Below are positions 37,763 through 49,078 of a stretch of 64,000 nt of DNA, piece by piece. Source of the stretch: Sphyrna mokarran (Eukaryota); assembly GCA_024679065.1 (NCBI GenBank), contig JAGIQG010000003.1:28024001-28088000 (forward strand), read 5' to 3'. Each line of letters begins with the position of its first letter. The stretch's first letter is position 1. The notes under the pieces were generated by a model. That model was given only the letters and a program-made list of their open reading frames with translations. It did not search any database and was not told the DNA's origin. The translations under genes and the position numbers were made by a program.

Positions 37763-38919
37763 GACAATCCTGGACATTACAAATCTGTGAGTCTTACATC
37801 AGTGCTGGGGAATTTATTGGAAAAAATTCTTAGAAACAGATGTACTCACATCTGGAAGAGAATACGCTTATTAGCGATAGGCAGCATGGTTTTGTGAAGG
37901 GGAAGTTACATCTCTCAAACTTGAATGAGTTTTTTGAGGAAGTGACAAGAAAAATTAACTAGGGCAGGGCAGTGGAAGTTGTATACATGGACTTCTGTAA
38001 AGCCTTTGACAAAGTTCCTCATGGCAAGCTGATGCAGAAAATGAAGTCATGTAGGATTCAGGGTAAGCTGGTATATTGGATACAACTGGCTTGGGCATAG
38101 AAAACAGAGAGGAGCGATGGAAGAGGACTTTTCTAACTGGAGATCTACAACAAGCAATGTTCCACAAGGATCAGTGCTGGGGACCCTATTGTTTGTAATA
38201 CATATAAATGATTTAGAGGAAAATATAGGTAGTCTGATTAGTAAATTTGCAGATGATAAAAAAATTGGGGAGGGGGCGGAATTGTGGCTAATAAGGAAGA
38301 TTGTCAGAAGATACAGCAGGATATGAATCAGCTGGAGACCTGGGCCCAAAAATGACAAATGAAAGTTAACCAGGACAACTATGTATGTGATTTAGAAGGT
38401 CTACTGCAGAAGGAAAGTATACAATAAATGGGAGAGCCTTTAGAAATATTAACATACAAAAGGATCTTGGTGTGCAGATCCACACTTTCCTAAAGGTGGC
38501 TACTCAGATGGACAACGTGGTCAAGAAGGTAATACGGCATCCTATCTCATTGGTCAAAGCATTGAATATAGAAATTAGAAAATCTTGTTGCAGCTATGTA
38601 AGACTTTGGTTAGGCTGCATTTAGTATTGTGTACAATTCTGATCATTACACTACTGGAAGGGTTGCATTGTACTGGAATGCATTGGAAAGGGTTGCAGAA
38701 GAGTTTTTTTAGAATGTTGTCTGGATCCCAAAAATGTGCTCTTAGGCTAATTGGCAAAACAAATTCTCCCTAAATTGTCTCAAATTTGTTTTTTAATCCA
38801 TAGATCTATAAACATAGACAGGGATCACAGGTAGAGGTAGGAACATTGGGGTGGCGGCATGGGCTCATTGGGCTGAAGGGTCTGTTTCCCATGCTGTTTT
38901 GTTCTTTGTTCTTTGATTA

Positions 38920-40486
38920 TAAGCTAAGATTTAAGTTGATCCAGAGGTGATCCCTCCTCCCCCCCCAATTCTTTAGGGCATGACAGGTAGCACAGAAAGT
39001 AGATACTGAGCTTAAAAAAAGGTTGGAAGAACTAGGCATTGTCCAGCCAATTCAGTTTTTGGAATGGGCAGCACCTATCATCCCCGTATTGAAACCGTAC
39101 AAGACCATTCACAGTTATGGCAATTATAAGCTAACAGTTAATCAGGCTACTGAGCCGGGTATATATCCAGTCCCAAGAACTGAAGACCCTGAGTGCAAAG
39201 CTGATAGGATATCAATCTTACAGAAGATTGGATATGAGTCACATGCATCAACAACTCAAGTTAAATTATGCTTACAGGGGCTGGCCATGATAAGCACATA
39301 TACTAAGGCCTATTTCAGTGTATGTGCCTCCTTTTTGGAATGTCTTCGGCATGTGCAACATTCCAAAGGACAATGGAGAGTCTGCTAAAGAAGCTAGCAC
39401 AGATTATAGTACACCTTGATGATGTCCTTATAACTGGATTGAGAGACGCTGATCATCTAGCAAATTTAGAAGAAGTGTTAAAGAGGTTTCAGGAGGCTAG
39501 AGTTGGCCTTAAGAAAGAGAAATGCACCTTTCAAGCCACTGAGATTACATACCTGAGGAGCCCATGTAATTACATGAGAATGGCATCCCATGAAAGATAA
39601 GGTCAAGGTGATAAGAGAGACACCAACCTCTACAAACCCAACTGAACTCAAATTGCTCTTGGGAGATGGTAAACTACTATGGATGTTTTTTAGAAACTTA
39701 TCTACGGTACTAACCCTGTTGCATATTCTGCTAAAGAAACACCATTGTTGGAAGACTCCCCAGGAGAAAGCTTTCAACAAGAGTGGAGTTATTGCTGAAT
39801 TTCTCAAACCTGTTATTATACTTCTAACTGTTGTAAGAACTGATATTGACTTGCAACACCTCTCCATATAGTGTTGGTGCAGCATGGTCCCATAAAATGA
39901 AAGATGGCTCTGTAAGATGGATCGGATAAGTGTCAAGAACCCTCTCAGAGGTCAAAAAAGACTATTCATGAATCAAGAAGGAAAGACTGTCAATATTCTT
40001 TGGTATCAATAGATTCCATCTGTACTTACATGGTAGAACCTTTATCATCATTTCTGAAGTGCAAATTGGATTCTCGGAATCATTGCTTCTAAGAATGAAT
40101 CCTTTTCTTACCAAGTTGACTTGAAGGGACAGATCACTTGTAAACATGTGGGCCAGTTGAGGAGTACAGAGATGCTGAGTAGTCATTGTTGCCGTTAAGA
40201 AATGTTTCCAAATCCATGAACATTGAAGTACCTGGTCAACCTGTTGTAGACATAATTGATGTCTCTTTGGCAGCAAATAGCGATAAGCTGCCTGTACTAG
40301 GAGGTACCCGTTATGCAGTTGATGTTGATCCTGAGGAAGCATCGCAGACAAAAGAATTGCACCATCCAGTATGAGTCAGAGACTTGATTTATAATTGTCC
40401 AACACATGTATATAATGTTTGTTTGTAATTTAGAACTGAGTTAATTAGTTATTGAAAATTGTATAAAGGAGTTAAAGGGGGAAGGA
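38920..40486 (+). mobile_element. Decayed Gypsy LTR retrotransposon pol region
   Basis: LGIVQPIQFLEWAAPIIPVLK..GNYKLTVNQ, LFGMSSACATFQRTME..HLDDVLITG, RNase H remnants; integrase mostly deleted; polypurine tract aaagggggaagga ending at 40486. Confidence 0.85.
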
Positions 40487-40693
40487 TGTCGTGATTGTAC
40501 CTTTAATGGAAATACAGCACAGTAAGTATCACCTGGTCTGGGTGGCCAATCAGGATTCAGAATGGTGAATCATCTGGGGAGGAGTTCCCCTTGGCAGATG
40601 TGTATTAGAATTAGCTGCAAACATGCTGCTGCTCTTGAAGATCACTCAGTAAATCCCTTTTTGTTCACAAATGAAGTCCCTGAAAGTGCATCA
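40487..40693 (+). repeat. Putative 3' LTR of the Gypsy element
   Basis: Starts TGT immediately after the polypurine tract; contains ggccaatcag and agtaaa; right end approximate. Confidence 0.55.
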
Positions 40694-40699
40694 TTAAAT

Positions 40700-42100
40700 G
40701 TTCATTGACTTGAAAGACTGCAGTATGTATAGTTGCTTCAGGAGGTATGCCAGTGAAATGCTGATCACATTCTGTAGGCTAGTGCACCTTTTGCAGATGG
40801 GCTCATTACTGGTGTTGACAGAGACCTATGCTACATCCATGGTCATTGTGAATTTGATGACCTTTTGTGATATCTTGATGTTGCAGTTCTATCCTCTGCA
40901 TTGGAAGTTGAAGAGAATTTTAATCATGCAAACTTGTCTTCACCTTATTCCTCTTGAAACCTTGGAACTGAGGTTGTCATAAGTATGTCTGCCCTCTTGC
41001 ATCTTTGCAATGACATCCTCATGTGGCTCATCTGGATCATTACTCTCTTCAGACTTAACTTTCAGTATCTTCTTTGTCCATGGAGATATCTAGCCTCTCC
41101 ACTGACTGGCTGGCTGTCACTGAACTCTCAAAGCCACATGTGTGTAGTTGATGATGCCCTGTACTTGTAGGAAACCTGAAGTCACAGCGAATTAGTTCTG
41201 GTAGGCTGGCATGCTTCATCCATGCAGAACTGACATATGGTGTGCTTTACTAAAGTGGGCTTTAGTTACCTTCTTAATATATTTTTGTGTCACTGATTGT
41301 TAGATTCCGCACAAGTCCCCAGTGTAAACCTGAAAGTATCTGCAGGCGAATAGGTTCAGTGCAGTGGTAAAGTTCAGAACAACTGCCATGGGATGCTCTC
41401 CAAGTTCTCACAGAGAATGTGGCAAATATGAGCTACCACATCCTAAACGAATGAAGGTGCCTACAACATTGTCATACGTTCATCTTAAATTGTGAGCAGA
41501 ATCTTCTGTCGATCCTTCGTCCTGCCAAATGTCTTCATGGATTTGGTTCCTCTTCATCAACAGTTGAGAGTTCCTGGGGCCCTGCTGGCTCTTGTTCTTG
41601 AGAATGAGGGTCTTCCCTGAGCTGTGCCAATCAGTGACGTGTCCTTCTTTTCCTTATGCTAATTAAAGCTAAAAGAAGGCGGCAGACTGTTTCTCCACTT
41701 ATCCTTGTATTTATGAGTGGATACAATTGGGAAATTCAATGATAGTTCCCATTGACTGGTCTCCCTTAATATACAAGGCAGGAATGTAGTTTGACCTGCC
41801 CTCAGTCTGCACTTTGCATACCAAGGTAATCCCTCACAGGATGAACTCATCCTGGAGGAGAATAGGTGGCTGAACTTTCCCCCGAGACATGACTGCACAT
41901 TCACAGTAGAAGTCTTAATTAGGGTCAAAACATTGTCCTCCAGTGGCCTTAGCAATAACTATTGATACCCAAATCTTGCACTTATGTGATGACTGCAAAC
42001 ATGATGCTTTAATTGTGATGAAACATGAAGGCTTATAGGATCCATGTTGCTTTTATGCAGCAAATGTGACCCTTGATCGTTTGATCCAACATCCATTCCA
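40700..42100 (-). mobile_element. Ancient decayed element related to 31330-32400 (Harbinger-like)
   Basis: Patchy reverse-complement similarity only, e.g. gaactgcaacatcaag vs gaactgctgccatcaag. Confidence 0.3.
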
Positions 42101-42483
42101 ATATCCCACAATAAAGATCAGATGCTAGTTGAGATTGTATGCATCACATAATCTAAACTTAATGGATTCTCACTTGAATGTGCAATATTACTAAAGGAGC
42201 CATGCTTGTTCACTGTGTATTAGACTCACAAATCTAGCACTCAGCTGAGCTATGCTCTCTATGATTTGATCAGAACAGCTATATTCTGCATTTCAATTGG
42301 CTGTGTTGAACTTTCTGATACATCCAGAGGTTCCTACTCTATTAATATTTTTCTCGCTTGTTTTTCCAGTTGTGTCATTGTTAAATGAAATTAAAATTGG
42401 TGCTGACAATCATCTGTCTGTCCAACTTCCAACCTTCCTCAATCACCCAACAAATTCCTATTACCCTCCTCCATACTCACTGC

Positions 42484-42813
42484 TTCCTTGTATAGTAATC
42501 ATTTGTTGGCTATGTGACTTTTCAAGTTTTTCTACAACAAAAGATTTCTGAATCAAGGCTGCTTACTCACCAAAGAAAACATCTTTAAGAATTAAAACAA
42601 CTTGAATACGCAATTTAACTCCTTCCTTTATGGTTTATTATTCCTAAGCCCCTATAATCTGGAATGATTTGGGCTCCATATATTGGTATTTATTTGAAAT
42701 TATAAACACATGTAAAAACTGAGACCACAATTAACCTTGCACAAAATATCCTCAGCCGCATTTTGAAACTACGTACTTGTATTGATACATACTTTATCCA
42801 AATACACAAGAAA
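42484..42813 (-). repeat. Inverted duplication, left arm (~330 bp)
   Basis: Reverse complement aligns end to end with 45566-45910 with scattered substitutions and small indels. Confidence 0.93.
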
Positions 42814-43010
42814 CTCCCCTCCATGGGTCCATCCAATATGCCCTGAATGTTATTCTGCCCTCTTCTTCACAATGCTATGACTTGAGCCCCTGGATCAAAT
42901 TCCTTAGGTGACCGGTGCATGACACTCACTGCTCAAAGAGATATCCAATGCCTAAGACAGGGATCAAGTTGTGCATGCCTTGCAAAACCTTTGAATATGG
43001 CCTGCACAAC

Positions 43011-43975
43011 TCCAGGACAGCCTCTTCTATAATTCATGCTTAAAGTATGATCTTATCCACAGGACAGTGTCTTCAATATGTCCCTGACAGCATGGCCTCT
43101 ACCCAAGGATACGCTTTTCAATATACCCCTTACAGTCATGGCCTCAGCTCCAGGACATGCTCTTCCATATACCCCTGATAGCATGGCCTCAGCCCCAGGA
43201 CGGTCTCTTCACCATGTCCCTGACAGTGTGGCCTCAAACCCAGGACAGTAAATATTAGCATTCATTTCTAAAGGGCTAGAATACAAGAGCAGGAATATAG
43301 TGCTGAGACTGCATAAGGCTCTGGCCAGACCCCATTTGGAATATTGTGAGCAGTTTTGGACCCCATTCCTAAGAGAGAATGTACTCGCCTTAGAGATAAT
43401 CCAGATGAAGTTCAAAAGAATGACCTCAAGAATGAAGAGTTTATCAAATGCGAAGTGGTTGAAGAGTCTGGGTCTATACTCGATGGAGTTCAGAAGGATG
43501 AAGAGGGATGTAATTGAAACTTACAGGATGCTGAGAAGCCTAGATAGGGTGATGTGGAGAGAATGTTTCCACTAATGGAAGAGACTAGAATTTGAGGGCA
43601 CAGCCTCAGAGTGAACAGACGCTCCTTTAAAACTGAGATGAGGAGGAATTTCTTCAGCCAAAGGGTGGTGAATCTCTGGAACTCATTGCCACAGAAGGCT
43701 GTGGAGGCCAGGTCATTGAGTGTCTTTAAGACAGAGATATGTAGGTATTTGATCAATAAGGGGATCAAGAATTATGCGGAAAAGGCAGGAGACCAGGGAT
43801 GAGAATCATATCAGCCATGATTGAATTGCAGAGCAGACTCAATGGGTCAAATGGCCTAATTCTGCTTATTTTATGGACAGTCTCTTCAATATGTCCCTAA
43901 CAGTGTGGCCTCAACCCAATGACAGTCTCTTCAATATGTCCCCCACAACACAGTCTCAGCCCCAGGACAGTCTCA
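43011..43975 (+). repeat. 45-bp minisatellite split by a CR1 insertion
   Basis: Unit ~caggacagtctcttcaatatgtccctgacagcatggcctcagcc; anchors at 43061, 43106, 43152, 43197, 43242, then 43875, 43920, 43965. Confidence 0.88.
43250..43874 (+). mobile_element. CR1 LINE 3' portion
   Basis: LARPHLEYCEQFW, RRNFFSQRVVNLWNSLP; ggacagt on both flanks (probable TSD). Confidence 0.9.
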
Positions 43976-44998
43976 GACTTTTCATTGGACAGTCTTATAA
44001 ATGTTGCTTTAGGATAGTCTTTTCCTTCTCCATTTTGTTTCTTGATCATCCCTTATCCTATCTGTTTACCCCTTTTGCCTTTGTATTTCCTTCTCCCCAA
44101 TCCTGCTCCTATCTCTCCCTGCGGCAGTCCATATTAACACTGCAGTCCTGCCTCCATTTCATTCCTCCCTACCTGTCGAGTCTCCCATGCTCAGCCCTGG
44201 CACAACTTGTGCTGCAGGCAGCCGAACTCTTGCAGCTAAGCTCTTAAAGGTAGGCAAAAACATATCTACCAACCTCCAAGTCATGAGTGAACTGAAGCTC
44301 ACCAGGTGCATGCCACTTACATACAGTTAGGAATCAGACTGTTCTAATTATTTACTGGAGGGGCACTTAATTTGCAGGGGGTCTAATTCTGGCAAGTTGA
44401 CCTTTTAATGAGCATTTATGAAATGCAAATAAATGCAAATATAATTCCCAACTTAGACAAGCCAGAAACTCAACCCATCTTTACTAACACATGATAAAAG
44501 TTGGGAGAACAAAATTGCAAACCAATTTCCCATTGGCAGGAAATTGACTTTTTCCATTGTATCCCATTCTGGAGTCACACCCACCATAATTCCTGCCGCT
44601 GGCAGGAGTGGAAAATTCGGTCCATCGTAGTGGGAAAAGTTGAAAAAGCTTTAAAATATTTTTTGAAAATGACGTGGACGGAGGCACAAAATTATTATTG
44701 CATATGTCCTTATACGTAATTGTTGCAGCCACTACAGCAGTCGCGTATAAAGATCATTTTACTTCCTGTAATGTGATGACTGTATACAGTCTGTGTTTTG
44801 TCTATTGACTATGTGGAGCCTTCTCATCTGTCTGTAGTATATACATGAAGCCACTAAGTGTGTGCTGCATCAATGGATTCATTGTTCAAATTCAGAAGAC
44901 AAAAAAAATGAATAGACTAGTCATAAATTAAGGTCAGCAAAGTTGATTACAATGGAGTTCTTTTACTGCTCAATTGTTGCTCATAAAGTTGATCTTAC

Positions 44999-45024
44999 AT
45001 TGGAATTGATCTTCACAAATCTGC
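44999..45024 (-). other. Candidate 26-nt microexon
   Basis: tcagtttttcttttattacag|GCAGATTTGTGAAGATCAATTCCAAT|gtaaga; splice motifs only. Confidence 0.2.
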
Positions 45025-45565
45025 CTGTAATAAAAGAAAAACTGAAATTGAATCATTTTGCAACTAAAAATGTTAATATGTTAAATACTGTATTGTTGGA
45101 AGATCTCATTGTGCTGCAGACATCTAGTGGCAATTAAAATATATTGCACTAACTTTTCATCTTGATTTATCAAATATTAAAGATCTGTGAAACAAGGACT
45201 GATTTTATAAATATATTTTGAAGTTTGGAAAATCTTGATCTCAATTTGGCATTGATAAAAACTGTATACAGTTTGTAATATCACATTCACGTTCAATTGA
45301 AATTATCATCATTTCGAAGATGCAATCTAAAGTGACCTTCAAACAGAATGTAGCAAAATAGACATGACAAAAAATTAGTAATTGTTAATAACACAAATTA
45401 TTTGAATGAAAGTATGGGGTTAAAGTCAACTTTTGTGGGGTACAAAGTGAGTGATAGTGGATTAGAAGTTAATGGAAAGTAAAATTTACATTGGTAATCA
45501 ATTTGTTATTGCCTGTTTTGCACTTATGCTGAAATTGAATTCCATGCACTATATGTTTTAATTAT

Positions 45566-45910
45566 TTTCTTGTGTATTTAGATAAAGTATGTATCTATAC
45601 AAATACATAGTTTCAAAATGCGACTGAGGATATTTTGTGTAAGGTTAATTGTGGTCTCAGTTTTTACATGTATTTATCATTTCAAATAAATACCAAAATG
45701 AAAATATGGAGCCCAAAGTATTTCAGATTATAGGGGCTTAGGAGAAATTAAAAAACCATAAAGGAAGGAGTTAAATTGTCTATTCAATTTGTTTTAATTC
45801 TTAAAGATGTTTCCTTTGGTGAGTAAGCAGCCTTGATTCAGAAATCCTTTGTCGTAGGAAAGCTTGAAAAGTCACATGGCCAACAAACGGTTACTCTATT
45901 ATACAAGGAA
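45566..45910 (+). repeat. Inverted duplication, right arm
   Basis: Partner of 42484-42813; continuous with AT-rich unique flanks, so probably the source copy. Confidence 0.93.
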
Positions 45911-46779
45911 AACAATGGCATGTTCATGTTTGCTCTAATTATTATTCTGAGAATGCACTAATTTGTTACATCCAAGATGACAGTTAGTTTGGTCCATGAA
46001 AAAGGCAGTGTGCCAGTGACTGGAGCTTTGTAAAAGGACTTCTTTCATTCAGGGCAGTGAGACAGAAATTAGCCTGCCGAGTGTGTGGGTGGGGAGGGGG
46101 GCTTGCCAGCACAATCAGACTGGTACGAAGCTTCACCACACAGGCTGCTGAACTAGGCCAAACCATGACTTCACTAAATGTCAGCTCCAGCAGCTACATT
46201 TTTAAATGACCGGTGTTCTTTTTGAGAAACAATGGACAATACATTGGGTGCAGATTCAGAAACTGAAGGCCTGTGGGGCACAAAATAATGTTATAAAACT
46301 GCGCAGGAGAGTGGTGGGTAGTAACTTCCTTGCATTAAATCCTGTTAATTAATTTTTGTGACGAACGGAGGAAAAATGTTATAGTCTCTGTGGTTTTTAT
46401 AGTCACGGGGAAAAAAAGGAAATATTAGAACTGTAACACAAACTATTTTCACAGGTTCACCAGTTTATTCATCATGAACTTGTTCTTAGAGGCTACCTTT
46501 ACTAAAAGTTGCAGTAGCTATATTTTTTCAAAATCATTTTTAACTGACGAAATAATTTTCCTTTCACACTTCCTTCTTCCAAAGTTCTCTCCTGCTCTAC
46601 AAAAGACTGACTAACATCGACTGAAGCACCTTTTGGACATGGTTAGAGTCATATGCCAGAATTTTACTGCCATGCCTGCTCCGGGATCGGGGCAGGCATG
46701 ACTCACGGAACGGAATTCTCTGTTGGCCTTGGGCGGGGTTCTACAAGTTTCGCTCACGCGAGGTAAGAAAATATCAGCC

Positions 46780-47805
46780 ATAGTCATAGAAAGAAACGGT
46801 CCCTTTGGCCCAACTTGTCCATGCTGCCCGGTTTTTACCATCAGCCTGCATTTGACCCATAAACTCCTATACCAATCTTACCCATGTAGTTGAATAAATG
46901 CTTTTTAAAAAACAAAATTGTACCTACCTCTGCTACTGGCTTTGGCAGCTTGTTCCAGACACTCACCACCCTCTATATGAAAAAATTGCCCTTTTTGACC
47001 CTTTTGTGTCCCTTTTCTCTCACCTTAAATATATATCCACTAATTTTAGATTCCCCTACCTTTGGGAAAAGATGTTGATTATCCAACTTATCTATGCCCC
47101 TCATTATTTTATAAACCTCCAAAAGATCACCCTAAGCATCATATGCTGCAGGGGAAAATGTCCCAGTCTATCCAGCTTCTCCTTTTAACTCAAACCATCA
47201 AGTCCCGATAGCATCCTAGTAAATCTTTTCTGCACTCTTTCTAGTTTAATAATATCCTTTCTATAATAGGATGACCAGAACTGTACACAGTATTCCATGT
47301 GTGACCTGACCAATGTCTTGTACACAACAAGATGTCCCAACTCCTGTATTCAATGTTCTGACCAATGAAACCAAGCATGCCGAATGCCTCCTTCACCATC
47401 CTGTCCACCTATGACTCCACTTTCAAGGAGCTATGAACATGTACCCCTATATCTCTTTGTTCTCTAACTATCCCCAATGCCCTACCATTAACTGAAGTCT
47501 TGCTCTCGTTTGACCTACCAAAATGCATCACCTCGCATTTGTCTAAATTAAACTCCATCTGCCATTCATCAGCCCACTAGCCCAATTGATCAAAATCTCA
47601 TTGCAATCATAGATAACCTTCTTCAGTGTTCACTGTGCTACCACTCTTGGTGTCATCTGCAAACTTACTAACCATGCCTGCTAAATTCTCATTCAAATTA
47701 TTAATATAAATCGCAAATAACAGTGGACCCAGCACTGATCCTGGAAGCTAGTCACAGACCTCCAGTTCAAAAAATAGCCTTCTGCAACTACCCTCTATCT
47801 TCTGT
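46780..47805 (-). mobile_element. CR1 LINE 3' portion
   Basis: Reverse-complement homology to 12300-13315, including the KFADD codons (gtcatctgcaaactt) and tail. Confidence 0.9.
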
Positions 47806-48762
47806 ATAGGTTGAACCTATATTGTGAGGGTCAGCAGGTGATGAGGGAGCTGGGTCATGTTACGTGCATACCAAACAGATCACAGAATTGCATCATGTAT
47901 TGATTCTTAGCTGATTATTTTTCCGTCTCTAGTTGCTGAGGCAAGTGATAGAACCCCTACTGTTACTTTGGTTAATATATTGTTGTTATTTCGATGTAGG
48001 ATATCACAGAAGTAGGATGCACCCCATTATGATTGGTCATCCTCAGGGTGGTAGCTGTCTTTTCAGCATTAGAAATGTATGTAGTCTTCAGTTTTTCATC
48101 AGCATTTCTGTGCCTTCTGACTGTTATTGAAATAGAAATAATTGAACAGCTATGTTATTCATTGAGGTGTTCTCAGGCACTATGTCAAGGCAGGAGACAA
48201 TATTACTTCTGCAGCCTTAAGCTGTAACATTGGTATTTTATCTTGGTTGTCAAATGGCATGTGCTGATTGTTTATTGTACAGTTTTTTGACATAAAACTA
48301 GTGTGCTTTAGAAAATAGTATATCCATTTTCAGCTCACCCTGACCTTATCATTGAAAATACCTTTATTCCATGTAATTTTGTACGTATAGCCTTAATCGC
48401 CAGAGTAGCCATTTTTGTTCGTTTTTCAGAACTGTTTCACCTTGTGCTCAGTTTTTGCAAAGATCCAGTTTTATTCCCTTTCCAGTTGTCATAAAAGCTC
48501 TTTATGTTTCTGCACTGTTGCTCATGTTTTCCATTTAAGCTAAATTTATTTGAGCTAACTGAGGCCAAAATTTCCAGTACATGGTTTACACTGTTTTGCA
48601 CTTGGACTCTACTTGTTTCTCTTTTACTGCTAACATATGTCTTGCAGGGCAAAATGTATTCCTATTTTGGCTTTATTTGATGACCATTTGCAATCTTGAG
48701 AAGAAAAGGAAGTTGTCAGTTGTTGAAAATCTAATTATAGGCCATACCTTACAACTGAGGAG

Positions 48763-49078
48763 GTGATGTGGCTAGTCACCAAATTACTAATCCACAGAAC
48801 TAGAGTAATGCTTAAGGGATCTGAGTTCAAATCCCACCACAGCAGATGGTGAAATGTGGATTCCACTAAAAATGTGGAATTAAAAGTCTAATGATGATCA
48901 TTATTGATAGTTGTAAAAATCCCTCTGGAAGAAAACCTGTCATCTTTACCTGGTATAATCTACATAAGATTGCAGATCCACAGCAATATGGTTGACTGTT
49001 AAACAATTTCATCGCCACATCGTGACTCTTAAATGTCAGTTCAAGGACATGTAGAGAAGGGCAATAAATGCTGGCTAA
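48763..49078 (+). mobile_element. Older tRNA-derived SINE of a different family
   Basis: B box gagttcaaatccc, body gatccacagcaatatggttgact, 3' gggcaataaatgctggc; no V-domain. Confidence 0.55.

Larger units (their letters stand above)
35870..38730 (+). mobile_element. Decayed CR1 LINE split by a Penelope insertion
   Basis: SGPGMVYPRIPREAREEIAE on the left; resumes at ~37762 with NPG.Y..VSLTS, KAFDKVPH, VPQGSVLG, KFADD. Confidence 0.88.

Noticed and set aside
43011-43975. CRISPR-like array
   Set aside because: Contiguous degenerate 45-bp units with no unique spacers and no cas genes, in vertebrate DNA.
46671-46700. GC-rich hairpin catgcctgctccg/cggggcaggcatg
   Set aside because: It lies within a ~130-bp MITE-like element where internal palindromes are expected.
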